Positions 12,930-26,682 are shown, numbered from the stretch's first letter. The stretch is DNA of 64,000 bases from Eledone cirrhosa (GCA_964016885.1 CAXHJY010001490.1:1-64000); one strand, 5' to 3'. Made by a program: numbers and translations. Notes: generated from the letters alone by a model not told the origin.

Positions 12930-13800
12930 TCATCATCACCTTCCTAACACCAACCACATTTACAGTGTGGACCGGGAGCCTTTTTACAGTGGCACCTACA
13001 CGACCACTTTACAGTGTGGACTGGGTGCATTTTGACATGTCACCTACACGACCACTTTACAGTGGATGGAAATGAGAGGATGGAGTAGGGTGTGGGGGGA
13101 TGGGGTGTATATTGGATTAAGAGGTGCCTACTAACTGTAGGTTTAAGTTTGTATGTAAGGGAAGGCAGGTCTTCAGTTCAACTACATAGTGCCAAAGATC
13201 TCAATCCAGTGTTAGAGAGGTGTAAGTGAGCATGGTCAGTTTTTATCACCTCGTCCCAGGTTTTTCTTTATTTACCCACTCCATAGTTTCCATCAATTTT
13301 CATTGCTCTGCACTTTTTTATACAGCTGTTGTCCTTCATACGCATCATATGGTCATACCAGCGCAATCTCCTCTCCAGAACACAACATTTGATACCTCTT
13401 ATGCTTAGTCTCTCTCAATTTGTTTATACTTTGCCATTCACGTACATTACTATTACACATCCATTGGAGCATGCAAGCTTCATTTCTTTCTAATCTATGC
13501 AAGTCTTCAGCACACAACGCCCAGGTCTCACTACCATGTAATATTTCCGTTCGTATACAAGCATTGTACAATACGCCTTTCATTTTTAGAGAAAAAACCC
13601 TTGTGGCTAACAGCAGTATTAGCTCTCTGCACTTTTCATTCCATTCTAACTCTGGCTACTGTACTTCAGAACACCTTCCTCTACTGCTGATTTTGTCACC
13701 CCAGGTAACGGAAAGTGTCTACAATTTCTATAGAACCATCTGGGCAGTTGAAGAGATAGCATCCTGTGGGCCCTTGCTATTTACTGCACCTGAGCATCGG
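12930..13800 (-). mobile_element. RTE LINE subfamily A 3' fragment
   Basis: LHGSETWALCAEDLHRLERNEACM plus 3'UTR matching 22930-23790. Confidence 0.8.
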
Positions 13801-13814
13801 CCAGATATAATGCC

Positions 13815-14052
13815 TACACGTCCACTTTTACAGTGTGGGCTGGTGTTTTTTTTGCCATGGCACCTCCATGACCACTTTTCAGTGGAATGATAGGGACCCC
13901 AGTCCTATCATCTCATTTCTACAGCTGAGTAAACTGGAGCAATGTGAAATAAAGTGTCTTGCTCAAGGAAACAACAACATATCACCCGGTCCGAGAATTG
14001 AACTCACAACCTTTAAATTGCAAGCCCAATGCTCTAACCATTAAGCCATTCG

Positions 14053-14059
<7 letters not shown>
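13815..14059 (-). mobile_element. SINE family B copy
   Basis: Reverse complement of the 20367 and 57275 copies (head ...gccttcac at 14059). Confidence 0.7.
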
Positions 14060-14133
<74 letters not shown>

Positions 14134-14144
14134 CCTGAACCTAC

Positions 14145-14238
14145 CTCTGGCTTCCATATTGCTGATATAGAACTTGAGTTTACTTTGCCTCTGTTTTTCA
14201 CCGTCTTGGTAAGATTTTATTCGAAGCTTTTTGCATAG
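14145..14238 (-). CDS. ARHGAP6: ARHGAP6-like RhoGAP, first coding exon (ATG at 14236); apparent 1-nt deletion at ~14199
   Basis: Acceptor tcctcag|CT ATG; donor GAG|gtagg. Reads MQKASNKILPRR then TGA. The 3' part in the shifted frame reads KNRGKVNSSSISAIWKPE and splices in phase 0 to GCCTWGSVSGR, resembling the ARHGAP6 WKSEGDFTWNSMSGRSV motif as recalled. ATG to donor is 92 nt. Confidence 0.7.
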
Positions 14239-17136
14239 CTGAGGAAAGAATAAAAGACAAATAATGTACTGATACTGTTTTTCTATTTAGCGGTGTATCT
14301 GTGTCTATGTCTGTGTGTGTGTCTGTTTGTGTCTGTGTGTGAATATGGGTCTGTGTGTATGTGCATGTGTGATTCTATCTTGGCAAATGTAGTATGTGAT
14401 GATGACTGAAGATGAAATATGGTGAGCAGTTATGAGCAGAGATCAAATATAAAAGATAATGATGGATCAAATGTGGTACATATTGATGAATAGGGATCAC
14501 ATATAGTATCTATTGGTGAACAGAGATCAAGTATGGTATATACTGGTAAACAGGGATCAAATTTGTATATATTGGTGTACAGAGATAAAATTTGGTATGT
14601 ACTGGTAAACAGGGATCAAATATGGTATGGACTGGTAAACAGAGATCAAATATGGTATGTAATATTGAGTTCAAATATTTTAAGCATTGGGTGAGCAGTG
14701 ATCAAATATGGCAGATATTGGTTCATCAGAGATTGAATACGTTACATATTGCTTGAGTAGAGATTGAATATGGAAGGCAACTGATGACAGTTTGAATGTT
14801 ATTTTTGGTGGGTCTACAAAATCATTAGAGTGTCAAACAAAATGTCTTGCAGTATTAGTTCTGGCTCTTTGCCTTCTGAGTTCAAATCCTAGCATGGTCA
14901 AAATGGCCTTCTATCCTTCCGGGTGTTAATAAAATAAAGTAACAGTCATGTACTGGGGTCAATATAATTGACTTTTCCATATCATCAAACTTTTGGTCTT
15001 CTGACAAAATTAGAAACCATTAATTTTATGTTTGTTTTTTTTGTTTCTTCTTTTAACAAACCACCTCAAACCATCCACATTTCTCTTATACAAAACTGTT
15101 TACTTTAAAGTGTTTAAGTTTATCTAAAAACATTCTATCTTAAGGTTATATAAAAACCTTTGTTAAGTTATGTTCCAAACACCAGCTTAATAATAAGAAA
15201 GTTTTTGACTAAATCCTTCCAAATTCATGATCATTTTCAAAATTATTTGAAATTTCAAGGGAATATCCTTCATTAGAAATATGGTGTTTATTTATTTAAT
15301 TGATTTAAACATCTGTATAGAGGTAGTAAGCCATGGAAAACTAGGGGAGGTATATCTAATACTCCTTACAGTTAAGAAACAAAAACAAGAAAAAGACAGA
15401 AATGGGTGGGGGGGGGCATGAGGCACAAGAAGCATAAATAAGAAAACAAAGGTGAAAAAACTATAAAGAAGTTGTTGAGTGTGCAGCCTGGATGTACTGA
15501 AAGATGTTTGGTAGATCTTAGACAATATATCCCTAATGTTGATAGTTTTATAAGGACCAGCTTCAAGATGGCTTCTCTCTTAGACTGATAGTTTCTACAT
15601 TGGTCATGAAAGGGTTAAAATATTAGCACTGCAGTTTCCCTGTTAGAATACATCCAAACTCTATACTGCATTAACACACTACATATACTTCCTACACCAA
15701 TGCATGGCCACCACCACACCACCACCACCACCACCACCACCACCACCACCACCATCACCACCACCATCATCATTACCACCATCACCACCATCATCATCAC
15801 CATCACCACTGCCACCACAACAACAACAATACAACAACAACAGCAGCAACAACTACAACAACAACAACAAAAACAACAACAACGATGACAGCAAGGGGGG
15901 ATAACTGGGTTGGGTGGGGAGCAGGGCGGAAAATTGGGTTGGTGTGTGTAGGGGACAGTGGGGAGGTGGGTGGGTGTGAACCAAACATTTTCCCAATTAA
16001 AATATCCAAATATAAACATGTTCCTCTTCCTTCTTCTTGTTGTTGCTGTTATAGCTATTACAACAATAACAACAGCAATAACAACAGCTACAACAACAAC
16101 AATAACAACAACAGCAGCAACAAAAACAGCTACAAAAATAAAATCAACAACAACAACAGCAACAGCAATTATCTAAAATGTCTTTAAAAGACCACAGTAA
16201 AGAACAGTTCCTATAGTCACAACAGTTTTGGTGTTACATGTAAAGAAGTGTTGGAAGACAAGCATTGGTTTTTCTGTTTTTTATGAAGCCTTTCATTGCC
16301 ATATAATGAAAGGTGTGGCCTAGAATTTTCATAGAATTTTGAAAATAATCAAGAATTTGAAGAAAATTTAGTAATATAACAAACCTTTTCATAATTAAGC
16401 TGGTATTTGAAATATAATTTAACAGGTTTTTACATAAAATTATGATGGTAGGTCAACTCTTTTCCTTCGCCTACTTATTCCTGAGAGGGTTGTGGGGGCA
16501 GAGCCCTAGCAACCGTCTCCAACTGATCTGAATCCCCAAGTATGACCAGCTGAGCTCATGGATGTTATTCAACCATCTAGCTCAGGATCTAACCATGGGT
16601 CTCCTGTCAGCTGGTTTTGCCCATAAAATCTATCCATGGTATGTTTTTTAGATAAATATAAACACTTTAGCCCTTTTGTGACCATATTTCTAAATAAAAA
16701 TACTGCCCATAATTTTCATATGACTTTGAAAATAATAAAAAATTTGGAGGGATTTAATAAAATATCTCTGCCATTATTAAGATCGACCTGCCACCTTCTT
16801 TTGGCCAGAAAGGGCAGGCAGTTTTCCTCTGTCTGGTGGCAGAAGAGGTTGTATGGTGGACCAGGTGGAAAGGACTGAAGACAGACACTTTTCTCTTCAG
16901 CCAATCCCTCATCAACTTTTTCAAGTTTCACCTGGAGAGGAAGGTGAGTGTGGAGAGAGAAGTGCTGCCCCCTAGTACATTTGCTGAAAGGTGGGTGAAT
17001 GTGGCGAGAATGGCCCGTGTGAGTGGGCCTACTCTGATCATGTGCCTGTAAGCTGGTAAATTTGAGGAGGAGAGGGGAGCCCTTCCCGAGTACCTTCGAA
17101 GCGTCGGGTGGTTCAGGATTGGTGTACCCCCCCCCC

Positions 17137-17167
<31 letters not shown>

Positions 17168-17374
17168 ACCCACACACACACACCCACACCCACACACTGT
17201 CCCCTATATGTTAGCCCTAATGTACCCCCCCAACTGTCCCCTATATATCAGCCCTAGTGTACCCCCCCCCCCATCTACCACCTGCATCATCACCACCAAC
17301 ACCACCACCACCACCTCCACTGTCACCACCACCATCATCAATACAACACAAAACATAATGAATGTAGAACTTAC

Positions 17375-17431
17375 CTTTTAGAGCACACCGCACTCAACTA
17401 GAACGAAGGCGAGGCAAGTCTTTCCAAAAGC
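17375..17431 (-). other. Probable 5'UTR exon of the RhoGAP gene
   Basis: Unique, relatively GC-rich 57-nt segment flanked by ttttacag| and AAG|gtaagt. Stops occur in all three frames, including one in frame upstream of the 14236 ATG. Confidence 0.55.
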
Positions 17432-17905
17432 CTGTAAAACATAAATTATATTTTATATAACTCTCCGTTGGCTACTCAAGAGGTGTTGTAGGCGGGGAAG
17501 AGATAAAGTGAGCAGGTTTTCATGGATGTGCAATGTTAATGTGCATAAATAGTGAAGTATGGATGAACTGAGAGAAAAAACTAGGAGTAAGAGGCATCGG
17601 ATGTTGTGTGCAAGAAAGAAGACTGCACTGGTATGGATATGTGATGTGAATGGATGATGATTGCTAGGTGAAGAAGTGCCAGGAAATGACAGTGGAAGGA
17701 AGCCATGGTAGAGATAGACAAAGGAGAACTGGGCTGGAAGTGGTGAGAGCTGATCTGAAATATCTGAAGTTCATGATGGAGATGATAAAGGAATGAGACA
17801 ACTGGAGGAATGGTGCGCTGGAAAATACCCATCCAACCCATGCAGGCACGTATACAATGATGATGATGGTGGTGGTGGTGATGATGGTTATGAAGATGAT
17901 GATGG

Positions 17906-17949
<44 letters not shown>

Positions 17950-18342
17950 CTACCCAAGAACTCCTAAAGGAATTGTAGCAATGCTGTCGTAACATTTTGG
18001 CCTTTATTTAAAATTGGAGCCGTTCCCAGGCTTGACCAGAGCCAATTACTTCCAGAGAAAGAGAGAAAGAAGAAGAATAACCTGCAGTACTGGACTGTTA
18101 CTTCAATTATCAATACTGAAAGGATGAAAGACAAAATAGTCCCTGCTAGGATTCGAACTCAGAGGAATGGAATGGAGATGACAAAGCATTCAATGCTCTA
18201 ACAATCCCTAAAAATGAACCACCTAGCTGAGGAACTGAACACCTGACCTCAGGAAACATCTGAACCACTAGGCCACTAGCCTTCCACTAACCATCTATTA
18301 ACCATCATCCTACACAAAAATGATAAATAAATATATATATAT

Positions 18343-18515
18343 ATTGTTATACTTTGGGAGGGTTATGCTGCCAATAAAAACACACATGCCTGTTGGTTTT
18401 CACTTTAATTTATTATAAATTTCCTGTTAGTTGGTTCAATGACCAGATGGTTGTTTATATATTGTCAAAGCTCTTTCGTCACACATTTTGTGACCCCCTC
18501 AGTGACTAATTTCTT
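18343..18515 (-). mobile_element. Further copy of the same Penelope-like terminal repeat
   Basis: Similar to 50821-50986; the hammerhead-like motif at 18464-18506 has its core mutated to CTGAGGG. Confidence 0.55.
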
Positions 18516-18589
18516 GTTTTGTGTCTCTCCTTTGTTCTGTCCTACACCATCTTGTTTTTGTAGAAAACAAGATGGTGTAGGACAGAACA

Positions 18590-20100
18590 AAGTAAAAAAA
18601 CACATCAAGGAGCACGCACGTCTTGAAAACATTAGAAGTTACAATTCTGCTTTCCAAATGACCTCCTTTGATAGCAATATTATAAGAGAAGGTCAAGTAT
18701 ACCATTGTATTGGATCTTTGTTGCCAGCTAAAGGCAAAAATCCACAGTTTTTACAGCTATATTTTGTGGCAAATTACAAGGAGCAGGCTTTGCAAGGGTC
18801 CTTGAACCTTCCAAAATCTTAAAAAGAGTTAATCTTTGATCTGCAAGATATGTTAAATGCAAATAATTGTTTTTACTTTTGGCACAAGGCCAGCAATTAC
18901 CCAGTGCATTACTGGTACTTTATTTTAATGACCCCGTAAGGATGAAAGGCAAACTTAACCTCAGCGGGATTTGAACTCAGAATGGCAGGGGCCGTAACTC
19001 TATGCATCAAAGCATGGCATCCGACCCTCTACCGATACTGCCAACATCAGAAAATTCTAATATGCATTAGAATCTGCGCCACTCACTGAGTGCAAGGTAG
19101 TTATTGATGCAGACAAAACAGCCTGTTGCTGAACACAGAAGCCGCTACAATGTCTCTTCTGCAAATGAAGTAGCAGCAGTTATTACTGGCAATGAGTATG
19201 GGAGGAGGGATATTGTTATTCAAAGAGTTGCAGTGGATAAAAGCAACCCACCGATCATATGATGTACTCCAGTATCCATTAATCTGTGTATTTGGCCAAG
19301 ATAGATATCACTTTGATATCATATAAACAGATCTTAAAAGAACAGTTCCTGCACTGATAAAAACAGTAAGCTGAATGGAATTCTATGCTTACCTTTTCAT
19401 ATTAAGAGAGCAAGATTTCAATATTCTTCTTCATTCACGTGAGCTCTTCCAGCAATTAGCAGTTGATATCTATGCAAAAATTGAAGGAGAAAGGCTTCTT
19501 TACATTAGAACACACCAGAAAGATCTTTGTGCATCAGATTACATTCACCTGAGAGATGCAATCAGTAATGAAGAAGGATTGGCTGCTGATAACATTGGAT
19601 AGCTTTGTGTCATTCTTCCATCAAGCTTTACAGGAAGTCCACAGTATATGCATGAGCGTACCCAAGATGCACTTACACATGTTAGACACTATGGTCGTCT
19701 AGACCACTTCATTACATTCACATGTAACCCATCATGACATGAAATAAAGAGTGAACTTTATCATCATCAAGAACTCAAAGATTGCCATGATATTATTGCT
19801 AGGGTGTTCAGACTTAAAGTCATAAAACTGATAGATCTCCTAAAATAAGGTAAAGTCTTTGGACCACTCAAATGTGACATGTACATAATTGAATGGCAAA
19901 TATGAGGATTGCCACATGCCCACATTTAGATTTGGTCACATGAAAAACTTTGGCCAAATGATATTGATTTATTTATCTCATCTGAACTTGATCCACAAGA
20001 TCCTTTGCTGCATGAAATTGTCAGGTGCCACATGTTTCATGGGCCCTATGGTTCAATTAACCCATCCTCCCCAAGCATGAGAGATAATAAGTGTACCACT
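18590..20100 (+). mobile_element. Helitron RepHel remnant (Rep domain), decayed
   Basis: YNSAFQMTSF, GQVYHCIGSLLP, PQFLQLYF, YDVLQYPL, LFQQLAVDIYAKIEGERL, LPSSFTGSP, FITFTCNP, EWQ..GLPHAH (HUH) motifs. Confidence 0.9.
18864..19043 (-). mobile_element. SINE family A inserted in Helitron remnant
   Basis: Near-identical to 1520-1700 and interrupts the Helitron Rep coding remnant. Confidence 0.8.
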
Positions 20101-20366
20101 TGATATTTTTCCTCTCTTTACGTTGCTTCACTTTCGTGTCTGTTTACGTTTCTTTTTCTCTCTCTCCTCCTTTCTATCCTAATAACTTATTTTAGTTATT
20201 GATCTCACTAGGTTGAGATATATTGTCTCTAACACGAAGAAATATCTATGATTCCTAGCAGACAACTGATGATGGATATTACCCTCTTTCGCCCGTAACT
20301 TTTTATTTTCATTATACTTAATTGCAACCACACAGTCCGCCATTTTATTTGTGTGTATATATATAT

Positions 20367-20650
20367 GTGAAGGCACATGGCTTAGTGGTTAGAGCAATAG
20401 GCTTGCAATCGAAAGGTTGTGAGTTTAATTCTCGGATCGGGTGATGTGTTGTTTCCTTGAGCAAGACACTTTATTTCACGTTGCTCCAGTTTATTCAGCT
20501 GAAAATGAGTACCAGCAATAGCTGGAGGTTTAACCCTGCAATGGACTGGCGTCCTGTCCAGGGGGAAGTCTTGTGCTCTCAGTCGCTTCATGCCATGAGG
20601 CCGGGATAAGCTCTGGCCAAATGAGCCTACTGGTTTAAAACAGACTTTAG
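20367..20650 (+). mobile_element. tRNA-derived SINE family B (CORE-like central domain)
   Basis: gtgaaggcacatggcttagtggttagagc (A box) ... gtgagtttaattc (B box) ... ccttgagcaagacactttatttcacgttgctccagtttattcagctg resembles the CORE/MIR domain. Confidence 0.7.
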
Positions 20651-21544
20651 ACTTATGGCCTGTCCACCCAGCCAGTGGGATGGCGTCATCGTATGGCTAA
20701 AACAGTACATGCTGTGACCAGCAGCGGTGAATGGCGCCCGACAGACTAGTCGGTCAAGGTGATCAAGGTCATATATATATATATATACTTGGTGGTCACC
20801 AATCTGTCCAGCTCGTTTGTCTACCAGCATATACATCTCCTATGAATTTTGTCTGAAGAGGACATGTTTTGCTTTATGTTATACAAAAAACTTTAATAAA
20901 ATAGAGATGATATAAAGTATATATCTTTCGTTTATTACTATTCATCATCATCATCATCATCATCATCAGGTTTAGCGTCCGCGTTCCACGCTTGCATGGG
21001 TTTGGACGGGGGTTTTCCCACTCGAGGCAAGAGTGGTTGTCTTGCTCGCATAGGACTGTCTATTATATATATATATATATATATAAACATGTGTACATAC
21101 ATGTCTCTCTGTACACTCACATATATACATACATATATATATATGCGCATGTAGTGTATGTGTGTAGGTGCGTGTGTGTATATGTATATATGTACAAGTG
21201 TATGAATGTATGTATGTATATGTATGTGTGTATATGTATGTATGTATATGTGTGTATGTATATGTGTGTATGTATGTACAAGTGTATGAATGTATGTTTA
21301 TGTATATGTATGTATGTATGTGTGTATATATGTATGTGTATGTATATGTGTATATGTGTGTGTATGTATATGTGTGTATGTGTATATATATATATATATG
21401 TGTGTATGTATATATGAGTGTATATATGAGAATGTATGTATATATGTATGTATGTGTATTTTCAGTATGTTGTCATGGATTATCTTCTAAACTGACCTTA
21501 ATCTATCTTTTAACTGGTGCATGTGATGGGGAAGGTGGGGGTAA

Positions 21545-22220
21545 CAGTGGTAGTGGTGGTGCTGGTGCTGGTGGTGGTGGTAGTGGTGGTAGTGGTGGTG
21601 GTAGTGGTGGTGGTGGTGGTAGTGATGGTGGTGGTAGTGGTGGTAGTGTTGGTGGTGGTAGTGGTGGTAGTGTTGGTGGTAGTGGTGGTGGTGGTGGTGG
21701 TAGTGGTGGTGGTAGTAGTGGTGGTGGTGTGGTGGTAGTGGTGGTGGCAGTGGTGGTGGTGGTGGTAATGGTAGTGGTGGTAGTGGTGGTAATGGTGGTG
21801 GTGGTGGTGGTGGTAGTGGTGGTGGTAGTGGTGGTGGTGGTGGTGGTGGTGGTAGTGGTGGTAATGGTGGTGGTAGTGGTGGTGGTGGTGGTAGTAGTGG
21901 TGCTGGCAGTGGTGGTGGTGGTGGTAATGGTAGTGGTAGTGGTGGTGGTGGTAGTGGTGGTAATGGTGGTGGTAGTGGTGATGGTGGTGGTAGTGGTGAG
22001 GGTGGTGGTAGTGGTGATGGTGGTGGTAGTGGTGATGGTAGTGGTAGTGGTGGTGGTGGTGGTGGTAGTGGTGGTAATGGTGGTGGTAGTGGTGATGGTG
22101 GTGGTAGTGGTGAGGGTGGTGGTAGTGGTGAGGGTGGTGGTAGTGGTGATGGTAGTGGTAGTGGTAGTGGTGGTGGTGATGGTAGTGGTAGTGGTAGTGG
22201 TGGTGGTGGTGGTGGTGGTG
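21545..22220. repeat. (GGT/AGT)n trinucleotide tract; complementary (CAC)n-type tracts at 28930-29510, 47000-47862 and 60270-60560
   Basis: Direct inspection. Confidence 0.95.
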
Positions 22221-22372
22221 AAGTGTTACAATAAGATCTCTATGTCAACAGTGGTGCCAGGTCTCTTCCCATGGTCTCACACACAGAGATGATCTTTAAA
22301 AGTGGAGATAAGAACAATATCATTAATACAGTAACCTCAACCAATATCATTATTACACCCACCACTGTCATA

Positions 22373-22412
<40 letters not shown>

Positions 22413-22488
22413 GTGTATGTGTATATCATCATCATCATCATTTCATTTTACGTCCGCTTTTTCCCTGCTTGCAAGGGTGGGATGGGAA

Positions 22489-22553
<65 letters not shown>

Positions 22554-22790
22554 TAGTGTATATATATATATATATCATAGTGTATATATATATATATATA
22601 TATCATAGTGTATATATATATATATCATAGTGTATATATATATATATATATCATAGTGTATATATATATATATATATATCATAGTGTATATATATATATA
22701 TATATATCATAGTGTATATATATATATCATAGTGTGTGTATATATATATATATATATATATCATAGTGTATATATATATATATATATATA

Positions 22791-25700
22791 TCATCATCTT
22801 TTAACGTCTATCTTCCACTCTAGCATGTGTTAGTTGGGAATTGTCCCACTTGAGGCAAGATTAATCAGATGACCATGTCTCAATCATATAGGACTGCATC
22901 TATAGGCAGGCTTTCTACGGCTCGATGCCCTTCCTAACACCAACCACATTTACAGTGTGGACTGGGAGCTTTTTTGTCATGACACCTACACAACCTCATT
23001 AGTTTGGACGGGATGTTGTGGTACCAAGATAACATTATAAAGAAAGGGATCGTGTTGGCGGGAGTGGAAGGATAGAGTAGGGGTAGTGGGTTGGGGTGCA
23101 TGTTTGGTTTGGAGGGGCCTATTGACTGTAGGTTAACTTTGCATGTAGGGAAGGCGGGTCTTCTGTATTACTGCGTGGCGCCAGAGATCTCAATCCAATG
23201 ACATTGTCTTAGAGAGGTGCAAGTGTGCAAGGACAGAATTTATCAAATCGTCCCAGGTTTTTCTGGGTCTACCTACTCCGTAACTTTCATCAAATTTGAT
23301 CGCCCTGCATTTTTTTTATACAGCTGTCGTCTTTCATGCACATCACGTGACCATACCAATGTAATCTTCTCTCAAGTAAACAGCATCTGATCCCTCTTAT
23401 TCCTAATTTTTCCCTCAGTTCATTTATGTTTTGCCATTCATGTATATTACTATTACACATCCAACGGAGCATGCATGCTTTGTTCCTTTCCAGTCTGCGC
23501 AGGTCCTCTGCACACAATGCCCATGTCTTACTGCCATGTAACATTGCTGTTCATATACAAGCATCATACAATTGCCTTTCATTTTTAGAGAGAAACCTTT
23601 TGTGGCCAACAGTGGTATTAGCTCTCTGAACTTTTTCCATCCTGTTCTAACTTTGGCCTCTGTACTTTTAGAGCACCCTCCACCACTGCTGATTTTGTCA
23701 CCCAGGTAACGGAAAGTGTCCACTATTTCTATAGAACCATCTAGACAGTAGAAGGAGCTAGTATCTTGTGGGCACTTGCTACTTATTGCACCTGAGCATC
23801 GGCACATATAAAATCTACATTCTTAGATAGCTTGCCTGTGATTCCACTACATCTTTTATGTACCAATATGGGACATAGAATGGAATTTCTACCTACTCCT
23901 TTCCTACACACTGAGCATGGCCATTTCCCAGAGGGCTCCTGTGCCCTATTTTCCTTTCTACATACTAGAACTTTAGTCTTAGACAAGTTAACTTTAAGGC
24001 TTTTTGATTCTAGGCCATGCTTCCATGTTTGGAATTTCATCTCTAGTTCTGCCATAGATTGAGCTATGAGACTTAGATCATCTGCATATAGAAGTTCCCA
24101 TGGGTAGCTAGTCTTAAACTCCTCTGTTAAACCCTGAAGGGCAACAATAAACAGGAGGGGGCTAAGGACAGAGCCTTGATGAACACCTACTTTTACGCTA
24201 AATTCTTCGCTATATTCATTGTTAATTCTAACCTTGCTGACTATTTCTTTGTACATGGCTTATATAGCTCTCACAAGCCATTCATCTTCTAGTTTTTTAA
24301 GGGCCCACCATATAATGGAGTGGGGGACTCTGTCAAAGGCTTTCACCAAGTCAACAAAAGCTAAGTAGATGGGTTTACTTTTAGCTAGGTACTTCTGTAG
24401 TTGCCATACAAGGAAAAGTGCATCCGGTCTCTAATTAGTTGTGCAATAACTCTTTCTGTGACCTTCATGACCCAGTCAACTAACTTAATGCCTCTATAGT
24501 TTTCTCTATCTAGAGTGTCTCCTTTGCTCTTGTAGCAGTTAATGATGATGATGCTAAGCCAGTCATTTGGTATGACCCCATTCTGTATTACTTGGTTTAT
24601 TATCCGGGTGACCATAGTATGTCCCACCATTCCAGATGCTTTCAACATCTAAGCAACTATCTCCGAAGGCCCAGCTGCCTTGCCTGTCTTCATATCTTTG
24701 ATTGCCTTACTTATTATACTACCATTAACTTGCACCGCTGGTCCCTCTATTGGGTCGATTTTGGGGCAGACTATCTTTATCCCATTTATTCTCCTCATTT
24801 AGTAGTTTCTCGTAGTGACACTTCCAAGCTACCTTCTTATCAGTATCAGTGAGGGCAAGTACACCATCATCATTACGGACACACTTCTCCCTGACAATAT
24901 GACAGTTTTCCTTGACACATTGTATTGCAATCCTGAACACCTCACATTTTTGGTCCTCGCGTTGTAGAACATGTTTGAACCTTCTATCCTCTGCTTCCCT
25001 TCTTGCAAATTACACTTGTCTCCTAGCTTCTCTCCTGGCCACTTGATAGTGTTTTCTACTTCCCCCATCTCGCCATTCTTTCCAATCCTGCTTTTTGGTC
25101 TTGATTGTCTCCTCCACTTTACTGTTCTACCACCAAGTTACTCTCCTCCTGCCTAAAGGTCTGCTCCAGCTACAGATTTCATCTGTCACCTTCAGCAGGT
25201 TAACTTTCAAGAATTCCCACTGTTCCTCTATATTGTACATCTCTAATTGCTCTTCCTTACTGTCAAAAGCATCAAGTAATATGCTCTTAAATTTATTACT
25301 GGCTGTGGGGTCCTTCAATTTCCATATTCTTCTCCTCAAGATAGTCCTCTGTCATTGAGTACGTCTAGTCCTGAGGGAGGTGCAGTCTTCACGAGGGAGG
25401 GACCTTGTGTTTACAACAGACACTGTCACGTCTTCTAGTAAGAATATAATCAATCTGGCTGGCATGTTCCCCTGATCTATAGGTGATCAAGTGATTGTCT
25501 CGATTTTTGAAGTTTCTGTTACAGGTAGTTAGGTTATTAGCATCACAGAATTCCAGGATCCTGAAGCCTTCCTCATTTCTAGTACCAAACCCATAGCCTC
25601 CATGGATTCTGTCATAGACATCACAATGTTGTCCAACATGACGATTTAGGTCACCTGCAATAATTATGTAGTCACTGTTGGTTATTTGGGAGGTAGTGAG

Positions 25701-26260
25701 CATTAGTGACTCATAGAACCAATCTTTTATAACGTCAGGTAGACCATATTGGGGTGCATAAGGGGATATTATTGACACAGTTGTTCTATTTAGAACTAGT
25801 CTTATCTTAATTATTTTGTCATTCACTCAATTTACGGTAATTACCTTATCTACCCATTTTTCAGCTAACATAATTCCTACACCACCCAGCCCATTGTCAT
25901 TTCCCACCCGGAAAAATTTATAGCATCGTTTTTTACCCACAATGAATCTAGCAGACCCCCCCCCCTCTCCACCTAGTCTCTTGAACACAACAAACATCAA
26001 CTTCCTTACGTTCAAGCATCTCTACAACCTCATTTGAACGACCTTTCAATGTGCCTATATTCTCATGGTACCAACTCTAAAGTTTTGGATTTCACTGGGT
26101 GGGTGGAAGGGATGGGTTGGGGGCGCAGGGAGGGGTGTGGGAGATGGGATTATGTTGGTCTGAAATAAAGAGGAGTCCTTGCATTCTCGTCCGGCAGCGG
26201 GAGGTGAATTTTGTCTTTATCTTTGACATTGTCATTGAGTGCTGAGACTCTGCAACTCTG
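22791..26260 (-). mobile_element. Near full-length decayed RTE-type LINE (APE endonuclease + RT + PHD-like finger), subfamily A
   Basis: APE motifs (GGVGIM, AGDLNRHVG, SQIDYIL), RT motifs ([25 protein letters not shown]) and C-terminal LHGSKTW...LHWYGHV. Many stops and frameshifts; (TGA)n tail at ~22791. Confidence 0.9.
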
Positions 26261-26460
26261 TAGTCCATTTAACATACCGAAAAACAAGCAGGTCTTAATT
26301 TAAGGAATAATAGCCGAAGTGGTGGCTTTGAATTAGGGATTTGTTAGAACTTACAATAAACCACTGAGTTTTGATTGGACCAAATAACAATTGGGGGGGG
26401 GGGGGCTAAATGGGTAACTTTAGGAGATGTAAGCATATTATAATGTGAGAGATAAAAGAT

Positions 26461-26648
26461 AATAACTGTTTCTACTATTGGCACAAGGCCAGCAATTATC
26501 CCAGTACATTACTGGTACTTTATTTTATCGACCCCCGTAAAGATGAAAGGCAAAGTTAACCTCGGAGGGATTTGAACTCAGAATGGCAAGGGCCGTAACT
26601 CTATGCGTCAAAGCATGGCGTCCGACCCTCTACCAATACTGCCAATTC
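26461..26648 (-). mobile_element. SINE family A copy
   Basis: Near-identical to 1520-1700. Confidence 0.8.
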
Positions 26649-26682
26649 ACCAACACAAATATATATACCCACCATTGTCGTA

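Noticed and set aside
14198-14200. A-to-I editing of TGA to TGG as a rescue of the RhoGAP stop codon
   Set aside because: Editing would not restore the frame: TGG AAA ACA GAG GCA AAG TAA stops again, and the conserved WKPE is in another frame.
14145-14238. Fully open alternative frame LCKKLRIKSYQDGEKQ...MEAR
   Set aside because: It ends in phase 1 and would shift the next conserved exon into an early TAG.
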